A DNA stretch of 64,000 bases, from NCBI RefSeq assembly GCF_009914755.1, contig NC_060942.1; one strand, given 5' to 3'. Both the position numbers and the translations under genes were made by a program. Below, one piece after another: positions 54,032 through 64,000 of this stretch. Origin of the DNA: the human T2T-CHM13v2.0 reference genome, Homo sapiens. The notes under the pieces were generated by a model. That model ran no database searches, was not told the origin of the DNA, and saw only the letters and a list, made by a program, of their open reading frames with translations. Within the stretch, counting starts at the first letter, position 1, and each line of letters starts with the position of its first letter.

Positions 54032-57000
54032 CATTCTCAGAAACTAGTTTCTGATGTGTGTCCTCAACTAACACAGTTGAACATTTCTTTAGACAGAACA
54101 GTTTTGAAACACTCTTTTTGTGGAATCTGCAAGTGGCTATTTGGCTAGATTTGAGGATTTCGTTGGAAACGGGATTACATATAAAAAGCAGACAGCAGCA
54201 TTCTCAGAAAGTTCTTTGTGATGATTGCATTCAAGTCACAGAATTGAACATTCCCTTTCACAGAGCAGGTTTGAAACACTCTTTTTGTAGTGTGTGTAAG
54301 TGGACATTTGGAGCACTTTCCGGCCTAAGGTGAAAAAGGAAATATCTTCCCATAAAAACTAGACAGAAGCACTCTCAGAAACTTATTCGTGATGTGTGTC
54401 CTCAACTAAAGGAGTAGAACCTTTCTTTTCATAGAGAAGTTTTGAAACGCTCTTTTTGTGGAATCTGCAAGTGGATATTTGGCTAGTTTGGAGGATTTCG
54501 TTGGAAGCGGGAATTCATACAAATTGCAGACTGCAGCGTTCTGAGAAACATCTTTGTGATGTTTGTATTCAGGACACAGAGTTGAACATTCCCTATCATA
54601 GAGCAGGTTGGAATCACTCCTTTTGTAGTATCTGGAAGTGGACATTTGGAGCGCTTTCAGGCCTATGTTGGAAAAGGAAATATCTTCCCATAACAACTAG
54701 ACAGAAGCATTCTCAGAAACTTATTTGAGATGTGTGTACTCAACTAAGAGAATTGAACCACCGTTTTGAAGGAGCAGTTTTGAAACACTCTTTTTCTGGA
54801 ATCTGCAAGTGGATATTTGGCTAGCTTTGGGGATTTCGCTGGAAGCGGGAATACATATAAAAAGCACACAGCAGCGTTCTGAGAAACTGCTTTCTGATGT
54901 TTGCATTCAAGTCAAAAGTTGAACACTCCCTTTCATAGTGCAGTCCTGAAACACTCCTTTTGTAGTATCTGGAACTGGACTTTTGGAGCGCTTTCAGGGC
55001 TAAGGTGAAAAAGGAAATATCTTCCCATAAAAACTGGACAGAAGCATTCTCAGAAACTTGTTTATGCTGTATCTACTCAACTAACAAAGTTGAACCTTTC
55101 TTTTGATAGAGCAGTTTTGAAATGCTCTTTTTGTGGAATCTGCAAGTGGATATTTGGCTAGTTTTGAGGATTTCGCTGGAAGCGGGAATTCATACAAATT
55201 GCAGACTGCAGCGTTCTGAGAAACATCTTTGTGATGTTTGTATTCAGGACAGAGAGTTGAACATTCCCTATCATAGAGCAGGTTGGAATCACTCCTTTTG
55301 TAGTATCTGGAAGTGGACATTTGGAGCGCTTTCAGGCCTATGTTGAAAAAGGAAATATCTTCCCATAACAACTAGACACAAGCATTCTCAGAAACTTGTT
55401 TGTGATGTGTGCCCTCTACTGACAGAGTTGAACCTTTCTTTTCATAGAGCAGTTTTGAAACACTCTTTTTGTAGAATCTGCAAGAGGATATTTGCATAGC
55501 TTTGAGGATTTCGTGGGAAACGGGATTGTCTTCAGGTAAAATCAAGACAGAAGCATTCTCAGAAACTTCTTTGGGATGTTTGCATTCAAGTCACAGAGTA
55601 GAACATTCCCTTTGGTAGAGCAGGTTTGAAACACTCTTTTTGTAGTATCTGGAAGTGGACATTTGGAGCGCTTTCAGGCCTATGTTGGAAAGGGAAATAT
55701 CTTCCAGTAACAACTAGGCAGAAGCATTCTCAGAAACTTATTTGAGATGTGTGTACTCAACTAAGAGAATTGAACCACCGTTTTGAAGGAGCAGTTTTGA
55801 AACACTCTTTTTCTGGAATCTGCAAGAGGATATTTGCCTAGCCTTGAGGATTTCGTTGGAAACGGGATTGTCTTCAGATCAAATCTAGACAGAAGCATTC
55901 TCAGAAACTTCTTTGGGATGTTTGCATTCAAGTCACAGAGTAGAACATTCCCTTTGGTAGAGCAGGTTTGAAACACTCTTTTTTTAGTATATGGAAGTGG
56001 ACATTTGGAGCGCTTTCAGGCCTACGTTGGAAAAGGAAATATCTTCCCATAACAACTAGACAGAAGCATTCTCAGAAACTAGTTTCTGATGTGTGTCCTC
56101 AACTAACACAGTTGAACATTTCTTTAGACAGAACAGTTTTGAAACTCTCTTTTTGTGGAATCTGCAAGTGGCTATTTGGCTAGATTTGAGGATTTCGTTG
56201 GAAACGGGATTACATATAAAAAGCAGACAGCAGCATTCTCAGAAAGTTCTTTGTGATGATTGCATTCAAGTCACAGAATTGAACATTTCCTTTCACAGAG
56301 CAGGTTTGAAACACTCTTTTTATAGTGTGTGTAAGTGGACATTTGGAGCACTTTCCGGCCTAAGGTGAAAAAGGAAATATCTTCCCATAAAAACTAGACA
56401 GAAGCATTCTCAGAAACTTACTCGTGATGTGTGTCCTCAACTAAAGGAGTAGAACCTTTCTTTTCATAGAGAAGTTTTGAAACGCTCTTTTTGTGGAATC
56501 TGCAAGTGGATATTTGGCTAGTTTGGAGGATTTCGTTGGAAGCGGGAATTCATACAAATTGCAGACTGCAGCGTTCTGAGAAACATCTTTGTGATGTTTG
56601 TATTCAGGACACAGAGTTGAACATTCCCTATCATAGAGCAGGTTGGAATCACTCCTTTTGTAGTATCTGGAAGTGGACATTTGGAGCGCTTTCAGGCCTA
56701 TGTTGGAAAAGGAAATATCTTCCCATAACAACTAGACAGAAGCATTCTCAGAAACTTATTTGAGATGTGTGTACTCAACTAAGAGAATTGAACCACCGTT
56801 TTGAAGGAGCAGTTTTGAAACACTCTTTTTCTGGAATCTGCAAGTGGATATTTGGCTAGCTTTGGGGATTTCGCTGGAGGCGGGAATACATATAAAAAGC
56901 ACACAGCAGCGTTCTGAGAAACTGCTTTCTGATGTTTGCATTCAAGTCAAAAGTTGAACACTCCCTTTCATAGAGCAGTCCTGAAACACTCCTTTTGTAG

Positions 57001-58101
57001 TATCTGGAACTGGACTTTTGGAGCGCTTTCAGGGCTAAGGTGAAAAAGGAAATATCTTCCCATAAAAACTGGACAGAAGCATTCTCAGAAACTTGTTTAT
57101 GCTGTATCTACTCAACTAACAAAGTTGAACCTTTCTTTTGATAGAGCAGTTTTGAAATGCTCTTTTTGTGGAATCTGCAAGTGGATATTTGGCTAGTTTT
57201 GAGGATTTCGTTGGAAGCGGGAATTCATACAAATTGCAGACTGCAGCGTTCTGAGAAACATCTTTGTGATGTTTGTATTCAGGACAGAGAGTTGAACATT
57301 CCCTATCATAGAGCAGGTTGGAATCACTCCTTTTGTAGTATTTGGAAGTGGACATTTGGAGCGCTTTCTGGCCTATGTTGAAAAAGGAAATATCTTCCCA
57401 TAACAACTAGACACAAGCATTCTCAGAAACTTGTTTGTGATGTGTGCCCTCTACTGACAGAGTTGAACCTTTCTTTTCATAGAGCAGTTTTGAAACACTC
57501 TTTTTGTAGAATCTGCAAGAGGATATTTGCATAGCTTTGAGGATTTCGTGGGAAACGGGATTGTCTTCAGGTAAAATCTAGACAGAAGCATTCTCAGAAA
57601 CTTCTTTGGGATGTTTGCATTCAAGTCACAGAGTAGAACATTCCCTTTGGTAGAGCAGGTTTGAAACACTCTTTTTGTAGTATCTGGAAGTGGACATTTG
57701 GAGCGCTTTCAGGCCTATGTTGGAAAGGGAAATATCTTCCGGTAACAACTAGGCAGAAGCATTCTCAGAAACTTATTTGAGATGTGTGTACTCAACTAAG
57801 AGAATTGAACCACCGTTTTGAAGGAGCAGTTTTGAAACACTCTTTTTCTGGAATCTGCAAGAGGATATTTGCCTAGCTTTGAGGATTTCGTTGGAAACGG
57901 GATTGTGTTCAGATCAAATCTAGACAGAAGCATTCTCAGAAACTTCTTTGGGATGTTTGCATTCAAGTCACAGAGTAGAACATTCCCTTTGGTAGAGCAG
58001 GTGTGAAACACTCTTTTTTTAGTATATGGAAGTGGACATTTGGAGCGCTTTCAGGCCTACGTTGGAAAAGGAAATATCTTCCCATAACAACTAGACAGAA
58101 G

Positions 58102-58776
58102 CATTCTCAGAAACTAGTTTCTGATGTGTGTCCTCAACTAACACAGTTGAACATTTCTTTAGACAGAACAGTTTTGAAACTCTCTTTTTGTGGAATCTGC
58201 AAGTGGCTATTTGGCTAGATTTGAGAATTTCGTTGGAAACGGGATTACATATAAAAAGCAGACAGCAGCATTCTCAGAAAGTTCTTTGTGATGATTGCAT
58301 TCAAGTCACAGAATTGAACATTCCCTTTCACAGAGCAGGTTTGAAACACTCTTTTTGTAGTGTGTGTAAGTGGACATTTGGAGCACTTTCCGGCCTAAGG
58401 TGAGAAAGGAAATATCTTCCCATAAAAACTAGACAGAAGCATTCTCAGAAACTTACTCGTGATGTGTGTCCTCAACTAAAGGAGTAGAACCTTTCTTTCA
58501 TAGAGAAGTTTTGAAACGCTCTTTTTGTGGAATCTGCAAGTGGATATTTGGCTAGTTTGGAGGATTTCGTTGGAAGCGGGAATTCATACAAATTGCAGAC
58601 TGCAGCGTTCTGAGAAACATCTTTGTGATGTTTGTATTCAGGACACAGAGTTGAACATTCCCTATCATAGAGCAGGTTGGAATCACTCCTTTTGTAGTAT
58701 CTGGAAGTGGACATTTGGAGCGCTTTCAGGCCTACGTTGGAAAAGGAAATATCTTCCCATAACAACTAGACAGAAG
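58102..58776 (+). repeat. 4-mer HOR variant, copy 5
   Basis: Unit is 675 bp with the same junction; fused ORF at 58525. Confidence 0.92.
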
Positions 58777-61700
58777 CATTCTCAGAAACTAGTTTCTGAT
58801 GTGTGTCCTCAACTAACACAGTTGAACATTTCTTTAGACAGAACAGTTTTGAAACACTCTTTTTGTGGAATCTGCAAGTGGCTATTTGGCTAGATTTGAG
58901 GATTTCGTTGGAAACGGGATTACATATAAAAAGCAGACAGCAGCATTCTCAGAAAGTTCTTTGTGATGATTGCATTCAAGTCACAGAATTGAACATTCCC
59001 TTTCACAGAGCAGGTTTGAAACACTCTTTTTGTAGTGTGTGTAAGTGGACATTTGGAGCACTTTCCGGCCTAAGGTGAAAAAGGAAATATCTTCCCATAA
59101 AAACTAGACAGAAGCACTCTCAGAAACTTATTCGTGATGTGTGTCCTCAACTAAAGGAGTAGAACCTTTCTTTTCATAGAGAAGTTTTGAAACGCTCTTT
59201 TTGTGGAATCTGCAAGTGGATATTTGGCTAGTTTGGAGGATTTCGTTGGAAGCGGGAATTCATACAAATTGCAGACTGCAGCGTTCTGAGAAACATCTTT
59301 GTGATGTTTGTATTCAGGACACAGAGTTGAACATTCCCTATCATAGAGCAGGTTGGAATCACTCCTTTTGTAGTATCTGGAAGTGGACATTTGGAGCGCT
59401 TTCAGGCCTATGTTGGAAAAGGAAATATCTTCCCATAACAACTAGACAGAAGCATTCTCAGAAACTTATTTGAGATGTGTGTACTCAACTAAGAGAATTG
59501 AACCACCGTTTTGAAGGAGCAGTTTTGAAACACTCTTTTTCTGGAATCTGCAAGTGGATATTTGGCTAGCTTTGGGGATTTCGCTGGAAGCGGGAATACA
59601 TATAAAAAGCACACAGCAGCGTTCTGAGAAACTGCTTTCTGATGTTTGCATTCAAGTCAAAAGTTGAACACTCCCTTTCATAGTGCAGTCCTGAAACACT
59701 CCTTTTGTAGTATCTGGAACTGGACTTTTGGAGCGCTTTCAGGGCTAAGGTGAAAAAGGAAATATCTTCCCATAAAAACTGGACAGAAGCATTCTCAGAA
59801 ACTTGTTTATGCTGTATCTACTCAACTAACAAAGTTGAACCTTTCTTTTGATAGAGCAGTTTTGAAATGCTCTTTTTGTGGAATCTGCAAGTGGATATTT
59901 GGCTAGTTTTGAGGATTTCGTTGGAAGCGGGAATTCATACAAATTGCAGACTGCAGCGTTCTGAGAAACATCTTTGTGATGTTTGTATTCAGGACAGAGA
60001 GTTGAACATTCCCTATCATAGAGCAGGTTGGAATCACTCCTTTTGTAGTATCTGGAAGTGGACATTTGGAGCGCTTTCAGGCCTATGTTGAAAAAGGAAA
60101 TATCTTCCCATAACAACTAGACACAAGCATTCTCAGAAACTTGTTTGTGATGTGTGCCCTCTACTGACAGAGTTGAACCTTTCTTTTCATAGAGCAGTTT
60201 TGAAACACTCTTTTTGTAGAATCTGCAAGAGGATATTTGCATAGCTTTGAGGATTTCGTGGGAAACGGGATTGTCTTCAGGTAAAATCTAGACAGAAGCA
60301 TTCTCAGAAACTTCTTTGGGATGTTTGCATTCAAGTCACAGAGTAGAACATTCCCTTTGGTAGAGCAGGTTTGAAACACTCTTTTTGTAGTATCTGGAAG
60401 TGGACATTTGGAGCGCTTTCAGGCCTATGTTGGAAAGGGAAATATCTTCCCGTAACAACTAGGCAGAAGCATTCTCAGAAACTTATTTGAGATGTGTGTA
60501 CTCAACTAAGAGAATTGAACCACCGTTTTGAAGGAGCAGTTTTGAAACACTCTTTTTCTGGAATCTGCAAGAGGATATTTGCCTAGCCTTGAGGATTTCG
60601 TTGGAAACGGGATTGTCTTCAGATCAAATCTAGACAGAAGCATTCTCAGAAACTTCTTTGGGATGTTTGCATTCAAGTCACAGAGTAGAACATTCCCTTT
60701 GGTAGAGCAGGTTTGAAACACTCTTTTTTTAGTATATGGAAGTGGACATTTGGAGCGCTTTCAGGCCTACGTTGGAAAAGGAAATATCTTCCCATAACAA
60801 CTAGACAGAAGCATTCTCAGAAACTAGTTTCTGATGTGTGTCCTCAACTAACACAGTTGAACATTTCTTTAGACAGAACAGTTTTGAAACTCTCTTTTTG
60901 TGGAATCTGCAAGTGGCTATTTGGCTAGATTTGAGGATTTCGTTGGAAACGGGATTACATATAAAAAGCAGACAGCAGCATTCTCAGAAAGTTCTTTGTG
61001 ATGATTGCATTCAAGTCACAGAATTGAACATTCCCTTTCACAGAGCAGGTTTGAAACACTCTTTTTGTAGTGTGTGTAAGTGGACATTTGGAGCACTTTC
61101 TGGCCTAAGGTGAGAAAGGAAATATCTTCCCATAAAAACTAGACAGAAGCATTCTCAGAAACTTACTCGTGATGTGTGTCCTCAACTAAAGGAGTAGAAC
61201 CTTTCTTTCGTAGAGAAGTTTTGAAACGCTCTTTTTGTGGAATCTGCAAGTGGATATTTGGCTAGTTTGGAGGATTTCGTTGGAAGCGGGAATTCATACA
61301 AATTGCAGACTGCAGCGTTCTGAGAAACATCTTTGTGATGTTTGTATTCAGGACACAGAGTTGAACATTCCCTATCATAGAGCAGGTTGGAATCACTCCT
61401 TTTGTAGTATCTGGAAGTGGACATTTGGAGCGCTTTCAGGCCTATGTTGGAAAAGGAAATATCTTCCCATAACAACTAGACAGAAGCATTCTCAGAAACT
61501 TATTTGAGATGTGTGTACTCAACTAAGAGAATTGAACCACCGTTTTGAAGGAGCAGTTTTGAAACACTCTTTTTCTGGAATCTGCAAGTGGATATTTGGC
61601 TAGCTTTGGGGATTTCGCTGGAGGCGGGAATACATATAAAAAGCACACAGCAGCGTTCTGAGAAACTGCTTTCTGATGTTTGCATTCAAGTCAAAAGTTG

Positions 61701-64000
61701 AACACTCCCTTTCATAGAGCAGTCCTGAAACACTCCTTTTGTAGTATCTGGAACTGGACTTTTGGAGCGCTTTCAGGGCTAAGGTGAAAAAGGAAATATC
61801 TTCCCATAAAAACTGGACAGAAACATTCTCAGAAACTTGTTTATGCTGTATCTACTCAACTAACAAAGTTGAACCTTTCTTTTGATAGAGCAGTTTTGAA
61901 ATGCTCTTTTTGTGGAATCTGCAAGTGGATATTTGGCTAGTTTTGAGGATTTCGTTGGAAGCGGGAATTCATACAAATTGCAGACTGCAGCGTTCTGAGA
62001 AACATCTTTGTGATGTTTGTATTCAGGACAGAGAGTTGAACATTCCCTATCATAGAGCAGGTTGGAATCACTCCTTTTGTAGTATCTGGAAGTGGACATT
62101 TGGAGCGCTTTCAGGCCTATGTTGAAAAAGGAAATATCTTCCCATAACAACTAGACACAAGCATTCTCAGAAACTTGTTTGCGATGTGTGCCCTCTACTG
62201 ACAGAGTTGAACCTTTCTTTTCATAGAGCAGTTTTGAAACACTCTTTTTGTAGAATCTGCAAGAGGATATTTGCATAGCTTTGAGGATTTCGTGGGAAAC
62301 GGGGTTGTCTTCAGGTAAAATCTAGACAGAAGCATTCTCAGAAACTTCTTTGGGATGTTTGCATTCAAGTCACAGAGTAGAACATTCCCTTTGGTAGAGC
62401 AGGTTTGAAACACTCTTTTTGTAGTATCTGGAAGTGGACATTTGGAGCGCTTTCAGGCCTATGTTGGAAAGGGAAATATCTTCCGGTAACAACTAGGCAG
62501 AAGCATTCTCAGAAACTTATTTGAGATGTGTGTACTCAACTAAGAGAATTGAACCACCGTTTTGAAGGAGCAGTTTTGAAACACTCTTTTTCTGGAATCT
62601 GCAAGAGGATATTTGCCTAGCTTTGAGGATTTCGTTGGAAACGGGATTGTGTTCAGATCAAATCTAGACAGAAGCATTCTCAGAAACTTCTTTGGGATGT
62701 TTGCATTCAAGTCACAGAGTAGAACATTCCCTTTGGTAGAGCAGGTGTGAAACACTCTTTTTTTAGTATATGGAAGTGGACATTTGGAGCGCTTTCAGGC
62801 CTACGTTGGAAAAGGAAATATCTTCCCATAACAACTAGACAGAAGCATTCTCAGAAACTAGTTTCTGATGTGTGTCCTCAACTAACACAGTTGAACATTT
62901 CTTTAGACAGAACAGTTTTGAAACTCTCTTTTTGTGGAATCTGCAAGTGGCTATTTGGCTAGATTTGAGGATTTCGTTGGAAACGGGATTACATATAAAA
63001 AGCAGACAGCAGCATTCTCAGAAAGTTCTTTGTGATGATTGCATTCAAGTCACAGAATTGAACATTCCCTTTCACAGAGCAGGTTTGAAACACTCTTTTT
63101 GTAGTGTGTGTAAGTGGACATTTGGAGCACTTTCCGGCCTAAGGTGAGAAAGGAAATATCTTCCCATAAAAACTAGACAGAAGCATTCTCAGAAACTTAC
63201 TCGTGATGTGTGTCCTCAACTAAAGGAGTAGAACCTTTCTTTCGTAGAGAAGTTTTGAAACGCTCTTTTTGTGGAATCTGCAAGTGGATATTTGGCTAGT
63301 TTGGAGGATTTCGTTGGAAGCGGGAATTCATACAAATTGCAGACTGCAGCGTTCTGAGAAACATCTTTGTGATGTTTGTATTCAGGACACAGAGTTGAAC
63401 ATTCCCTATCATAGAGCAGGTTGGAATCACTCCTTTTGTAGTATCTGGAAGTGGACATTTGGAGCGCTTTCAGGCCTATGTTGGAAAAGGAAATATCTTC
63501 CCATAACAACTAGACAGAAGCATTCTCAGAAACTTATTTGAGATGTGTGTACTCAACTAAGAGAATTGAACCACCGTTTTGAAGGAGCAGTTTTGAAACA
63601 CTCTTTTTCTGGAATCTGCAAGTGGATATTTGGCTAGCTTTGGGGATTTCGCTGGAGGCGGGAATACATATAAAAAGCACACAGCAGCGTTCTGAGAAAC
63701 TGCTTTCTGATGTTTGCATTCAAGTCAAAAGTTGAACACTCCCTTTCATAGAGCAGTCCTGAAACACTCCTTTTGTAGTATCTGGAACTGGACTTTTGGA
63801 GCGCTTTCAGGGCTAAGGTGAAAAAGGAAATATCTTCCCATAAAAACTGGACAGAAGCATTCTCAGAAACTTGTTTATGCTGTATCTACTCAACTAACAA
63901 AGTTGAACCTTTCTTTTGATAGAGCAGTTTTGAAATGCTCTTTTTGTGGAATCTGCAAGTGGATATTTGGCTAGTTTTGAGGATTTCGTTGGAAGCGGGA

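Larger units (their letters stand above)
1..64000 (+). repeat. Centromeric alpha-satellite HOR array, dimeric A/B (SF2-type) organisation, homogeneous 12-mer HOR with structural variants; most likely human chr18 D18Z1 (S2C18H1L)
   Basis: ~171-bp monomers begin CATTCTCAGAAAC/CGTTCTGAGAAAC throughout, with a CENP-B box in every second monomer. The identical ORF pattern recurs every 2035 bp and HOR copies differ at only a few sites. EcoRI sites at 593 and 1268 give 675/1360-bp fragments, matching the classical chr18 0.68/1.36-kb alphoid units (recalled). Alpha-satellite identity is near certain; the chr18 assignment is about 0.8. Confidence 0.97.

Noticed and set aside
15-63719. About 260 short ORFs (61-123 aa) on both strands
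   Set aside because: They recur with the satellite period, overlap on opposite strands, mostly use GTG/TTG-type starts, appear or vanish with single SNVs and show no recognisable domain. They are chance open frames.
1-64000. CRISPR-like or other repeat-spacer system
   Set aside because: There are no unique spacers; the sequence between conserved motifs is itself repeated, and there are no cas or other genes.
1-64000. Transposon insertion (L1/Alu), inversion or non-satellite island
   Set aside because: Every inter-unit distance is explained by whole monomers plus or minus 1 bp. I saw no poly-A tail, target-site duplication or strand switch.
1-64000. Claim that this window is the kinetochore/CENP-A site (centromere dip region)
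   Set aside because: Homogeneity and dense CENP-B boxes fit an active array, but the kinetochore position is epigenetic and cannot be read from sequence.

Overview
The whole 64 kb is one uninterrupted, single-orientation array of primate centromeric alpha satellite (~167-171 bp monomers, about 377 copies). CENP-B-box (B-type) monomers alternate strictly with pJalpha-type (A-type) monomers. The base higher-order repeat (HOR) is a 12-mer of 2034-2035 bp with two EcoRI sites (675 + 1360 bp fragments). This matches my recollection of the active human chromosome 18 array D18Z1 (S2C18H1L, suprachromosomal family 2); the chromosome call is from memory, not a search. Monomer labels m1-m12 are my own, with m1 starting at 114. 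Reading units from 114, the HOR order is 14,12,12,12,14,12,14,14,12,18,6,18,12,12,12,4,12,12,4,12,12,12,12,4,12,12,12,4,12,12,4,12,12, then a partial unit. I see no genes, RNA genes, transposons, CRISPR array or inversions; all listed ORFs are periodic satellite artefacts. I found no evidence of a new gene-encoded system. The interesting signal is the array's architecture: spatially segregated HOR variants, mappable hybrid-monomer breakpoints, nested multi-HOR duplications (24-, 26-, 28- and 40-monomer blocks), a haplotype transition near 20.6 kb, and conserved CENP-B box cores and phasing.
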